From Desulfobacterales bacterium (GTDB taxonomy: Bacteria > Desulfobacterota > Desulfobacteria > Desulfobacterales > UBA2174), in contig CAXXWC010000021.1 in assembly GCA_963668645.2 (NCBI GenBank), positions 384,001-448,000 on the forward strand: a stretch of 64,000 bases of DNA, read 5' to 3'. Position 1 is the stretch's first letter; every line of letters starts with the position of its first letter. Below the pieces are notes generated by a model, which worked only from the letters and a program-made list of their open reading frames with translations, was not told where the DNA came from and searched no databases. Made by a program: the position numbers and the translations under genes. Shown one piece after another: positions 20,779 to 30,545 of the stretch.

Positions 20779-21483
20779 TCATTGAACAGGAAAATCGAAA
20801 TACGTATCCGGAAAGGGCTCGTTCTTGAACGTAAAGTGCCACCACTCCTTCGGATATGGCACAAAGCCGTGTTTTTCCATCAGAACCTGCAAGAGCATCC
20901 GGTGGGCCCGGGCTTCGGCCGATACATCGAGACTGGTGGGCCATGACTTGGGGCTGAAGAAATCGAATCCTGAGCCCATATCCAGGCCGGGATCGGTCGA
21001 CTTCGCAGCGCGGGACGTGAGAGTCAGATCCACCGTGCTGCCGCGGCTGTGGCTGGATCTTGCAGCGATATAGTCTTCCCTGAAAAGGTTTTCTTTCTTC
21101 ACTTCCGGATAGAATTCCGCCTGCATACGGGTATCGCCGACATCCTTGGCCCAGCGCACAAAATGATCCACGGCGCGTTGCGGCCGGTACCCGTCAAAAA
21201 CCTTCAAGCTGAGCCCGAACGGTTGCAGTTCGTCCTGAACCGCTTTGAGTGCCTGCGCCGCTTTCTCGCTAAGGATGCACCTGGGCTGAAGGTATCCGTC
21301 CACTTGCGCCCCCACGAAATTGTGTTTGGTGGCGTAGCGAAGCTCGATCTTGATGCCGGGGATCACCTGGTCGAGATAGACAAATCCCTGAGGCAAAGCA
21401 GGAGTTTGACCGGCTGCCACGGTAGCCGTACCCACCAGGCAAGCCAGCATGATACACACAAAAAGAGCAAATTTTTTCTTCAT
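20779..21483 (-). CDS. ddpX: D-alanyl-D-alanine dipeptidase (M15D, VanX/DdpX-like), exported
   Basis: DGYRPQRA, SSHSRGSTVDLT, EWWHF; signal peptide. Confidence 0.9.
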   Translation of the reverse strand: MKKKFALFVCIMLACLVGTATVAAGQTPALPQGFVYLDQVIPGIKIELRYATKHNFVGAQVDGYLQPRCILSEKAAQALKAVQDELQPFGLSLKVFDGYRPQRAVDHFVRWAKDVGDTRMQAEFYPEVKKENLFREDYIAARSSHSRGSTVDLTLTSRAAKSTDPGLDMGSGFDFFSPKSWPTSLDVSAEARAHRMLLQVLMEKHGFVPYPKEWWHFTFKNEPFPDTYFDFPVQ

Positions 21484-21535
21484 CCACCCGGTCCTCTTTT
21501 TTGATTAAAAATTGCCTGGAAGAAAAATCCAGGCT

Positions 21536-22183
21536 TCACTCGACAAACAGCTCGTCCAGTCGAAACCATTCCACCGCTTTGCCCGGCCTCCGGCTCACGG
21601 CGACCATCTTGGCGGCCACCTGCGCGGCCGGTATGGGCCGGTAGCGGCGCAAACCGGGGATGCGGCAAAGTGCCGGCAGGATCAAACCGCCCAATTTCTC
21701 GCCCATACGCAGCTCCTTTCGCTGGCCCAGCAGCAAAGAGGGCTGGAAGATGCTGATGCGCTCGAACGGCAAGGCCTGGATCCGGCGCTCCAACTCCCCC
21801 TTCATCTTCAGGTACGGATTTTTACTGCCCGCATCGGCCCCGCTGGAAGAGATCAACAGATAATGGCGCACGCCGTTTTCGGCCGCCAATTCTGCGGCCC
21901 GGTACTGATAGTCGAAATCGACTTTCCGCTGGGCCGCGATGGAGCCGGCCTGCTTGCGGGTCGTTCCCAGGCACGAGAAGAATCGAGCGGCCCTGAACAG
22001 GGGCGCGTATTGCTCCAAGCGGTCGAAATCCACCACCTGGTTGATGACCTTGGCAGATTGCCGGTCAGCCGGCCTGCGGGTCAGGGTAACCACCTGGCCG
22101 ACATGATCCGCAGCGGCCAGCCGATCCGTCAACGCACGCCCCACCAGCCCGGTGGCACCGATAACCACGGCGATGTCGTTCAT
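21536..22183 (-). CDS. NAD(P)-binding Rossmann protein (CC3/TIP30/YraR-like)
   Basis: GATGLVG, CLGTTRKQAGS, YLKMKGELE, PSLLLG. Confidence 0.85.
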   Translation of the reverse strand: MNDIAVVIGATGLVGRALTDRLAAADHVGQVVTLTRRPADRQSAKVINQVVDFDRLEQYAPLFRAARFFSCLGTTRKQAGSIAAQRKVDFDYQYRAAELAAENGVRHYLLISSSGADAGSKNPYLKMKGELERRIQALPFERISIFQPSLLLGQRKELRMGEKLGGLILPALCRIPGLRRYRPIPAAQVAAKMVAVSRRPGKAVEWFRLDELFVE

Positions 22184-22213
22184 GGAATTCTCCTACCCGA
22201 TTCGAAAAAGTCT

Positions 22214-22528
22214 TCAAAGTTCTGGGTGCAAAACCTGAATAGGCAACGGGTTGACGCGTTTCCAATCGTCGGAGGCGTGTTCTGCATTCCAGAGATCATA
22301 ATTTTTTTGCAAATTGAGCCACAAGTCCGGAGTGGTGCCAAAGGCCCGGGAAAGCCTCAATGCCATATCCGGAGTGATCGAACCGTTTTCATTAAGTATT
22401 TTAGACAATGTCTTTCTTGATATGCCGAGCATAGCTGCCATATCCGTTATTGTTATATCCAGGGGATCAAGATAATCTTCCTTCAGGATTGCCCCAGGAT
22501 GAGTCGGTTTTCGTATAATTTTCTTCAT
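22214..22528 (-). CDS. higA: HigA antitoxin
   Basis: PTHPGAIL, ITPDMALRLSRAFGTTPDLWLNLQ. Confidence 0.93.
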   Translation of the reverse strand: MKKIIRKPTHPGAILKEDYLDPLDITITDMAAMLGISRKTLSKILNENGSITPDMALRLSRAFGTTPDLWLNLQKNYDLWNAEHASDDWKRVNPLPIQVLHPEL

Positions 22529-22538
22529 GACGGTATCC

Positions 22539-22817
22539 TCAATGATAATCACCATAGTTCACATCGTATGCGTCACCATCAATAAATCTGAAAAATATGC
22601 GCCAGTTGCCCGAGACTCGGACCGAGTGAAATCCGCCCAGATCCCCTGTCAGTTGGTGCAAGTGTGATCCGGGGTAGTTCATGTCGATGATGTCCTCGGC
22701 CGCATTTAAGCGATCCAAAATTCTGCTGAGCCTTCTCTCATGCTCAGGGCGAATCCCTTTCTTGCCACCTCTATAGAAAAAATCCTCAATGCCTTTATGA
22801 TTGAAGGACTTGATCAT
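22539..22817 (-). CDS. higB: HigB (RelE-like) toxin
   Basis: MIKSFNHKG, LHQLTGD, SVRVSGNWRIFFRF; toxin-first order. Confidence 0.93.
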   Translation of the reverse strand: MIKSFNHKGIEDFFYRGGKKGIRPEHERRLSRILDRLNAAEDIIDMNYPGSHLHQLTGDLGGFHSVRVSGNWRIFFRFIDGDAYDVNYGDYH

Positions 22818-22869
22818 AATGCGACTACCGTAACCCATTAGGTTACGGCAGTCAACAGATGCCGCCAGA

Positions 22870-23043
22870 CCTCGAATAACGAACGGAAACTGGCCTGCCC
22901 CATGCCGAGTACCAGGCACGAGGCCCGAAGGCTGGAGCCCTGCGGTACCTCAAAGGTCATTCTTGGGTACGACTATCGAGCCGGCATGCGCCGTAGCGAA
23001 ATCTTGACCTTGTCAAATGCGGATCTTTCCGAGTCAACCTGAC
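22870..23043 (+). pseudogene. Tyrosine integrase remnant
   Basis: Frame-broken HAEYQA...YLK followed by YRAGMRRSEILTL (box I-like). Confidence 0.6.
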
Positions 23044-23052
23044 CGAAAACCA

Positions 23053-23100
23053 ATAAAAAAGGGTTTGGCGAATCTGAATTTCGCCAAACCCTTGATTTTT
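23053..23100 (-). terminator. Intrinsic terminator next to the distal att site
   Basis: Stem aagggtttggcgaa / ttcgccaaaccctt with flanking A/T runs. Confidence 0.8.
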
Positions 23101-23102
23101 TG

Positions 23103-23124
23103 TGGTGCCGAAGGGGAGACTCGA
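23103..23124 (-). repeat. att direct repeat (duplicated tRNA-Leu 3' end)
   Basis: TGGTGCCGAAGGGGAGACTCGA, identical to 38987-39008. Confidence 0.95.
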
Positions 23125-23594
23125 TTATATGAAGGTATAAGTATAGGTAATTGTTGGTATTTTTAATTTTTCATCCTCCAGGTTCAAAGGTTTTTGTGCC
23201 AGAAAAATGTATTTTATCACCTTGCCGATGCTGGATCAAGCAGACCTTTTCTGACGCCCCAATATAGCACAGAATAAGAAAATATGAATATTCTTTCATA
23301 TTAGCACTTTATGGTTTTACTCAGGGTGTTTTACGCACGCAACTTGCCGAATATATTTTTTATCAATCGCCTTTGGCTCTTCCTGCCAGCAAGGTTTATC
23401 CACCAAGTATCCCCTCCAACGCCAGCATTTTCGGGCAAATCGATTCTGCTTCAAAAACCCCATATAAATTACAATGAAAAAAAGACGACCAACCTTTGTA
23501 AGCGTCCGGGCAACCGCATCTTCTCAAGCGCTTGGAAATTTGTCACAGGTTGACTCCGTAGGCCGTAGACTATTTCAGCCAAGGAGGCATCATC

Positions 23595-23939
23595 GTGACA
23601 CGGAAGCAACGAGCAGAGGCTCTGGAGGTCAAGCGGCGGTTTTGGCGACAGCACGTTGAGCGATGGAAACGAAGCGGGCGGAACCAGAGCGAATATTGCC
23701 GGCAGCACTCACTCAAGCTGCACTGTTTTATCTACTGGAGAAAAAAGTACCGGGGTGCGGACGCGACTGCGATCTCCCTGGTCGAGGTTCAGTTGCCTCC
23801 GGTGGCGACCGGGGCCATCACCACCACGGACCACCGACCGCTGCGGCTTGTGGTTTCCTCCAGCCATTGTGTCGAGGTAGAGCGTGACTTTGATCCGGTG
23901 GCCCTGCGGCAGTTGTTGCACGTGCTGGAGCGGCTGTGA
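23595..23939 (+). CDS. tnpA: IS66 TnpA
   Basis: WKRSGRNQSEYCRQHSL...YWRKK HTH; RBS AGGAGG. Confidence 0.85.
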   Translation: MTRKQRAEALEVKRRFWRQHVERWKRSGRNQSEYCRQHSLKLHCFIYWRKKYRGADATAISLVEVQLPPVATGAITTTDHRPLRLVVSSSHCVEVERDFDPVALRQLLHVLERL

Positions 23940-24289
23940 TGTTTTTGCCATCGCATACCCGCATTTACCTGGCGACCGGCAGCACTGACATGCGCAAAGC
24001 CATCAATGGGCTTTCGATTCTGGTCGAAGATCGACTTGAGTTCGACCCATTTTCCGGCCACCTGTTCGCCTTTTGTAATCGGCGCCGGAACATGATCAAA
24101 ATCCTGTACTGGGATCGAAACGGTTTTTGTCTCTGGCACAAGCGTTTGGAGAAGGAGTTTTTCATCTGGCCGGAGCGCCCCGACGAAGTCATGGAACTGG
24201 ATCTTCGCCAGTTGAGTTGGCTGTTGGAAGGGCTTGAGATTGGCCAGCGGCATGCGCATAAAGAGCTGCACTACGAAACGCTGGTATGA
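23936..24289 (+). CDS. tnpB: IS66 accessory protein TnpB
   Basis: TDMRKAINGL, KILYWDRNGFCLWHKRLE. Confidence 0.93.
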   Translation: MMFLPSHTRIYLATGSTDMRKAINGLSILVEDRLEFDPFSGHLFAFCNRRRNMIKILYWDRNGFCLWHKRLEKEFFIWPERPDEVMELDLRQLSWLLEGLEIGQRHAHKELHYETLV

Positions 24290-24356
24290 AAGATTTTTTT
24301 ATTTTTAATCGAGAAAAAGATTGCCAAATTTGTGGCTTTACGGTATTGAATTTACC

Positions 24357-25901
24357 ATGAATTTTGATGTCCAAAACCTTCCTGATGATCCTGCTCAGCT
24401 CAAACAAATCATCGTTTCATTGCTCAATGAATATCAGCGCCGGATTGAACATTTGGAAGAAGTGAACCGGTTGTTGAAGAACGAAATATTCGGTAGAAAG
24501 TCCGAGAAAAGATCTGTTGCCGACAGTCGTCAATTTTCTCTTTTCGAAGAATCTGAAGAAGAGCCACTGGATGCGATCGATGAACCCGAAGACCGGCAGC
24601 CAGTGGAAGGCCATACACGCCGCAAGCCGGTCCGCAAGCCACTGCCGGCCGATCTGCCTCACGAAGACATTATTCACGATCTGGATGAATCCGAGAAAGT
24701 TTGTGTCTGCGGCCAGTCGCTTTGCAAGATTGGCGAAGAGGTCTGCGAGAAACTGCGTTATACGCCTGCAACGATGGTGGTCGAACGTCATATTCGCCCC
24801 AAATACGCTTGCAAAACCTGTGATGGGGTTGAAGATGATGGCCCGACCGTCAAGATCGCTCCGGTGCCGCCCCAACTGATCCCCAAGTCGTTTGCTACCG
24901 GATCGCTGGTAGCCCATATCGTCTGTTCCAAGTTCGAAGACGCCCTGCCATTGTATCGGCAGGAAAAAATCTTTTTGCGCATTGGTATCGACCTGCCCCG
25001 TTCGACCATGTGCACTTGGCTGATCAAGGTGGCCGACTTGGCCCGGCCGCTAATGGACCTGATGGGTCAGGAAATCCGATCCGGCCCGGTGGTGAACGTT
25101 GATGAGACCACGGTTCAGGTGATGAAAGAACCGGGCAAGGCCGACACCAGCAAATCCTATATGTGGCTGTTTCGAGGAGGGCAGCCGGACCGGCCGGTAT
25201 TGGTGTTCGAATATCATCCGAGCCGTTCGGGGCAAATCCCGCTTGACTATCTGAGTGGATACCAAGGCTATGTGCAATGCGATGCCTACAGCGGGTATGA
25301 CGCATTGGGCAGGCAAGAAGGCGTGGTGTTGTTAGGCTGCTGGTCACATGCCCGGCGCAAGTTCGACGAAGTCATCAAGGCCCGTGGAGGAGCCAAACGC
25401 AAAGGCAGCGCTGAGCAGGCCCTGGAGTATATCGGCCGGCTGTACGCCGTGGAAAAGAAGGCACGTGAAGCCGGGCTGGATTCGGATGCCATCCGCGATC
25501 TGCGCCAGCGGGAAGCCAAACCGGTTCTCGACGAGTTCAAGGCCTGGATGGACGCGAAAACCTTGGCGACGCCTCCCAAAGGGCTGCTCGGCAAGGCTAT
25601 TCTTTACACGCTCAACAATTGGCAGCGCCTGGTCGGCTATCTTGAGGATGGCCGGTTGCGGCCGGACAATAACCTGGCGGAAAATGCGATCCGACCGTTT
25701 GTGCTAGGCAGAAAAAATTGGCTGTTCGCCGGCAACCCGGACGGCGCTCGTGCCGCCGCCGTGTATTACAGTCTGATCGAAACCGCCAAGGCCAATGGCT
25801 GGAAGGTGTACGATTATCTGACCTACCTGTTCGAAAACCTGCCGCTGGCAAAAACCGAAGAAGATTACCGCAAGCTGCTCCCCTACAACCGCTCTCAATA
25901 G
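24357..25901 (+). CDS. tnpC: IS66 transposase TnpC
   Basis: Coiled coil plus FGRKSEK, Zn finger, VDET, CWSHARRKF, DNNLAENAIRP. Confidence 0.95.
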   Translation: MNFDVQNLPDDPAQLKQIIVSLLNEYQRRIEHLEEVNRLLKNEIFGRKSEKRSVADSRQFSLFEESEEEPLDAIDEPEDRQPVEGHTRRKPVRKPLPADLPHEDIIHDLDESEKVCVCGQSLCKIGEEVCEKLRYTPATMVVERHIRPKYACKTCDGVEDDGPTVKIAPVPPQLIPKSFATGSLVAHIVCSKFEDALPLYRQEKIFLRIGIDLPRSTMCTWLIKVADLARPLMDLMGQEIRSGPVVNVDETTVQVMKEPGKADTSKSYMWLFRGGQPDRPVLVFEYHPSRSGQIPLDYLSGYQGYVQCDAYSGYDALGRQEGVVLLGCWSHARRKFDEVIKARGGAKRKGSAEQALEYIGRLYAVEKKAREAGLDSDAIRDLRQREAKPVLDEFKAWMDAKTLATPPKGLLGKAILYTLNNWQRLVGYLEDGRLRPDNNLAENAIRPFVLGRKNWLFAGNPDGARAAAVYYSLIETAKANGWKVYDYLTYLFENLPLAKTEEDYRKLLPYNRSQ

Positions 25902-26231
25902 ACTTCAGACGGAACGCGAAACCAGGCTTATCGGGCGGTTGGGGTGCGGTTTGCCGAACGCTTACCAACCTTTACGGCTACGTACCTATTCACCCGATGG
26001 TGATATTCATTAAGACAAGTTCTATAACTTTAAAAAGTGCAGGTAATTTTCGATTTAGGCCGGGAGTCTTGGGCGGTCTTTTTCAACTATTCCGATCAAC
26101 AACCGTTACCTGTCTGCATACTTAAAAGGCTGGAATCATTAAAGTTATTGACATTGGATGAAACACCGGGTAAGATATGCAGCATTAAGGCGGCGCTGCG
26201 AACTGACAACATTTACGAACGGGGGATTATC

Positions 26232-26450
26232 ATGACGATGGTTTTGCTGCATGGTGACGAAGAATTGGATTTTAGCGAAGTTTATTATGAAAACAAGAAA
26301 ACCCGTCAATGCATTCGTATCCCGGTTACCGAACTTTCCAAAGATGAACTGGGCGCCTTAGATGGCTATCTACGTAAAGCCCACGACCTGATGAATCAAT
26401 ACCGCAAATGGGTCCATAGCCTGCCGGATCGTCCCAACCTTTCCGATTGA
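26232..26450 (+). CDS. Hypothetical protein (72 aa), convergent with the polymerase
   Basis: ATG preceded by GGGGGA; open frame extends upstream to 26037. Confidence 0.5.
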   Translation: MTMVLLHGDEELDFSEVYYENKKTRQCIRIPVTELSKDELGALDGYLRKAHDLMNQYRKWVHSLPDRPNLSD

Positions 26451-26457
26451 TTATGGG

Positions 26458-26673
26458 GGCACTTTCGGTGCCGATAGTTGATTAAAATGAATAGCTTAAT
26501 CTATCGTTATTAGTAATGGCCCCCGGTCCCCTCTTGGGCCGCGGGCCTTTCTGTCTTTATCTATTATATTCTATCTATCCTTTTCCCTCTTCCATCCCTC
26601 AAGATGGTAAGAGGGTTAGGAAAGAATTTCTAATATTAATTGTCCGCCACGTAGTCTCCAACGAAGTGGTCGG
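26458..26673. other. Run of five hairpins (candidate ncRNA, origin or terminators)
   Basis: Stems at 26458-26472, 26472-26506, 26518-26547, 26578-26621 and 26644-26673. Confidence 0.45.
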
Positions 26674-26837
26674 CTAAATAATCCTATCAATTGTTCCCTT
26701 GGATCTTTAAGCTACCCTTTCTCGTATCTGCTGTTGACGTATAATCTCATCTTTGTATTTACGATGTTCCTCTAAAAGTCCTTCGAAGATTTGATAGTCT
26801 TCATCTATGGCTAACAGCTCTTTTAAGCCCATTGGTG

Positions 26838-28680
26838 CTATGGCCACACAATTTGGTTGGATTTTGCCCCGGATAAAGCCGCAGAAGCGCGCTGTGAGAT
26901 TCGAACGGGAAGATCCGGTATTTTTGTCAGTGCTTTAAAACCAGGCAGAATGCGATCGGCATCCGCGGCCGGTATCAGCTCCTCGGAAGCCGAGGTTCGA
27001 TCCAAATCAGCAAACAGGGCTTCGATATTGGGCCGGCCGTCGAGCAGGATTTTCATGTAGTCGGGGTTGGACAGATTTTTCACCAACGGGGTATCGGCCA
27101 GCATGGTTTGCAACGCGCGGTGCATGCGATTATCGCCGGTACGGCGGCGATGATCCCGGCGCAAGCTGCGAAAGAACTGTTCCAGGATGTTGTTGGTCCG
27201 CTGGGGATAAACCACCTGCGGCCCCGAAGGGGTCTGCACGTCAATCGGGTCGGCAAACAGTTTGTCGTGATACTTGTCGATCTGTTCGGCCAGTTTGCGG
27301 CACAGCGGATCGGCTGCCAGCTTTGCTTCGGCATCGAGACGGTGACGGAATTGGCCAACGCTCTGGCGGATACTTTCCATCGCGGGTGCGGCACCATCAT
27401 CGTTGAGGCCGTCTCGGCCTCCGGAAGGTGCGATGCGCATGGCTTGGCGAAGCTGATCAAAGAGCCGGCAACGCCAGCGTAACGAGTCGAGGCTTTTTTC
27501 GAAGACCGGATCGGCGACGACATCCATCACCTTTCGTGCCAGGTGGACAAACAAGCGGCTGCCGGCCACGTTGTCGCCGGGAAGTGTCTGTAGCAGGCGC
27601 GGCAGGCAATCGAGCAGGATCATAAGCCGTTCGGCCAGTACCAGCAAGGGGCGATCGAAAGGAAAGCCGTAGCCATCGCCGCAGTGTTTGGCCTGCAAGC
27701 TCCACAGCGATAGTGCATAGACCGCCGCAGGGGTCGTGAGACTCAAATCGGCAGCCGTTTGGGTGCCCGCCAGATACATCGCCAGGGCGTTCGGCTCGGC
27801 CAGTAACCGACGGGCGTGGCGGGCCAACGCACGGAACCGGGTGCTGAACGCATGGCGACGCAGGCAGCCACGAAGCTCGCGGTAGGCCGGCTCGATCAGG
27901 TCTTTGCCCGCATCGCGCAAGAAATGAAAGTGGCAGACAAAGTCTTTGCTTGTGGGGAACACGGCCCCGACCGCCTTGCAGATGCCTGTGCCCATGTCAT
28001 GCACACAGGCGATCGGATCGCCATAGTCGTCTTTGATCTTTTCCAAAAACGGGATGATCTGAGCGGCGTGTTCACTGGGCACCTTGACATTGGCCAACAC
28101 CAGGCGGCTCAGAGCGTCGATGCCTGACATCAGAGCGGGCGCATCTTCTTGATGCACGGCATCCAGATGCAGGATATAGCCGCCGCTTCTGGCCATGGCC
28201 TGCTTGATGCGCGGGGTGGCGCGCCGATGGGCCAGAGCCAGCAAGAGGATAAACTTGCGGCCGAGTTTGGTGATTTGAGAATCGGACAGCACCACATCGC
28301 GGGCCAGCAGCTCGTTGCGAACCTGCCCGACACTGTGGCAGTCCTCGAACAGGCGACGGCCGACAAAGACCAGCACGTCCCAAGCGGTATTGCAACGATG
28401 CGCCACCCGCTGACGCAGGGCCGGATCTTCCCAGACACGGCCACAACGGGTACAGCGTTGCACGGTCCGGCGGGCGATATAGGTGACCGAAAGACTGACC
28501 ACGCGCTTGGTTTGTGTCTTTTGGACTTTCAAGGCACCGCCGCAGGAGCACTGCCGGTGCGGGTAGCGAAAATCGACCACCGGCGGCTGCGCGAACAACG
28601 CCGACGGGCGCACCTCCTGGTGCAGTTGTTCGTTGAGGCGGCTCAGGAGGCCGATGGCCGCAACGGCAGCATTTTTTTTA
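26838..28680 (-). CDS. Mutator-like DDE transposase, probably reached by -1 frameshift
   Basis: CSCG...CTRC Zn finger, LHLD, VHDMG, CHFHFLRD, RTNNILEQFF; stop lies within the IR. Confidence 0.78.
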
Positions 28681-29302
28681 AACCGTGCTGCGCAAACAGC
28701 GCCCGGATCTGGTCGGCCTTGATGCGCACGGCGGCCCGGGCCGACACCCGGCGGGCCAACTCGGCCGGCTCGGCTGACGGCTTGCGGATGAATTCGGCCA
28801 GCACCATCACTGCAATCTCGGCTGGCAGCACCGCCGCCACGGGCGCTTCCAGGACACGACGTTGCGCCTCGGCGGTCCTGGCATTGCTGGCCAGGTAAAC
28901 GTTCGCGCGTCCCTGGCGCTGGCGCTGGACAAGACCGCGGCGGTACAACCCGACCAGAACCGAATGACAACGGCAGCGCAACTTTTGGCCGAGCGCTTCG
29001 GCGCTCATCCCTGCCAGACTGGCATCGATCAGGGCCACCAGCGTACGGGTCAGACTGCCGGCCCGGGAAAAGCCGATGTCGTGGTAAAACCACAGTCCTT
29101 CGCGCGAAAAGCGAGGAATCGAACGCAGGGTATACCATCGTCCGTTGTGCGTAAAACTGCTGTAGTAGCCGTTCTGGGCCAGAAATCGCCGGGTTGATGG
29201 AATCGAGTAGTCCATCTGTTGGCTCAGCGGCCCGATCATCCAGCATGGATGCTGCTTGAACAGGACCGCGAGACGCTGGGAAACCTCGGTCGAACCATCC
29301 AT
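28643..29302 (-). CDS. IS ORF A, putative DNA-binding protein
   Basis: 219 aa; RBS GGAGGG; overlaps the transposase frame at an A8 run. Confidence 0.75.
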   Translation of the reverse strand: MDGSTEVSQRLAVLFKQHPCWMIGPLSQQMDYSIPSTRRFLAQNGYYSSFTHNGRWYTLRSIPRFSREGLWFYHDIGFSRAGSLTRTLVALIDASLAGMSAEALGQKLRCRCHSVLVGLYRRGLVQRQRQGRANVYLASNARTAEAQRRVLEAPVAAVLPAEIAVMVLAEFIRKPSAEPAELARRVSARAAVRIKADQIRALFAQHGLKKMLPLRPSAS

Positions 29303-30545
29303 ATCGCCCTCCCGATAAAGTATTGCAGGTTATCGCCGCAACCGGGCATATATGCAATACATTATCAAGAAATGGACGATTTGACAAGAACGAAAAAGAG
29401 GATAGCCATCTATCGTAAATGACAATCATTACATGTGTTTTCTATGAGTTAGACGCAAAGCCGACACCCCGGAAAACGAAAGCACAGGCTCCTTGAGAAT
29501 CGCAAAATATGATCAAGTATGGCAAAAATAATCGGATAACATACTGATTTTACAGAATCCAACCGTTTTGTGGTTCCATAGCATTGGTGCATGCTCTAAT
29601 CTTTCAATTCTATCTAATGGTGATGTTATCCCTTCCCTTTCTCGCCTTTTCTGTTGCCTTCTATCAATGCTGTTGAATTTAAGGTCAATATGCGTATCAA
29701 CACCGCAGGTGTCTTGAAACGCTCTGTTCATTGCTTCTATTAGTTCTTCCTTTAATCCATGGTGAATGATAAAGCTATCATGAATCGGCAGGATCGCATA
29801 ATCCATTTCTATTGCAAAGGTCGACATGACCTTTTCTGCTATGAGTGAATCTTTGTATTGAAGGTCAATCCCAGCACTCGTATTGAAATAATGTGCGATT
29901 GGTTGATGTTTCTTTTTGAATGCCTCTATGATAGGGTAAATATCTTCTCGTTTGGTCGACTTAATCTCTTGAGGAAGTTTAAGCTTGCTTCCACTTTGAC
30001 CGCCGATGTTAACTGCCTCATGCATCGCCGCCCAAGTGGCGTTCTGATCTTTAGAGTTAATCATAACAAGCAGCAGTCGTTTCACAAAATCCCGGCAGGT
30101 CTTATCATTAGAATAGCCGTCAATGTGATAAACATCCCCCGATGGTGCTTCAAGCTTCTCTTGTGCATAGAGCATATTTACATGAAGGCCAGAATAATCA
30201 CATTCAACAGTATCTTTTCCGTTGATTCTTATCAGATGGCGATATTCGCTTGGAATGTTTTGCCACCATCCACCATAGAACCGCCCACCTTGTTCGAAAG
30301 ATCCGTTATTGAAGATCCGTCGTAGGTGCTTCTGAGTAAAATCTATTCTATGGCCAAGTTCATCGCGGATTTTAGCCAGCTCACTGTCTTTGACGTACAG
30401 TAAAATGGAATGACGGCCCAAACACTCATTGATTCTTTTCAAGGTGTTTCTCATGCGTATTGTTGCATCAGAATCATCGTATTCAATCTGCTTTTTATCC
30501 TTCCCACGAAGGATGATTATTTCCTCTTCATAATCGCGCCATATC

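Larger units (their letters stand above)
23498..25965 (+). mobile_element. Complete IS66-family element
   Basis: GTAAGCGT...ACGCTTAC ends; 8-bp TSD CAACCTTT at 23490-23497 and 25966-25973. Confidence 0.96.
26838..29581 (-). mobile_element. Two-ORF Mutator/IS256-like insertion sequence (family uncertain)
   Basis: Imperfect ~30-bp IRs CTATGG..CCACA...GGTTGGATT; 8-bp TSD CATTGGTG at 26830-26837 and 29582-29589. Confidence 0.88.

Noticed and set aside
20779..21483. Vancomycin-resistance locus
   Set aside because: A lone exported DdpX-like peptidase with no vanH, vanA or vanRS
23936..24289. TnpB as an RNA-guided nuclease
   Set aside because: This is the 117-aa IS66 accessory TnpB, unrelated to IS200/IS605 TnpB
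23311..26230. Intact gene interrupted by IS66
   Set aside because: Rejoining at the TSD gives only short or stop-containing frames on the + strand, with no recognisable motif
26838..29429. 863-aa ORF as a single protein
   Set aside because: Its first ~250 aa are a shadow frame of ORF A (29302-28643), which has the RBS; only the part after the A8 run looks like a transposase
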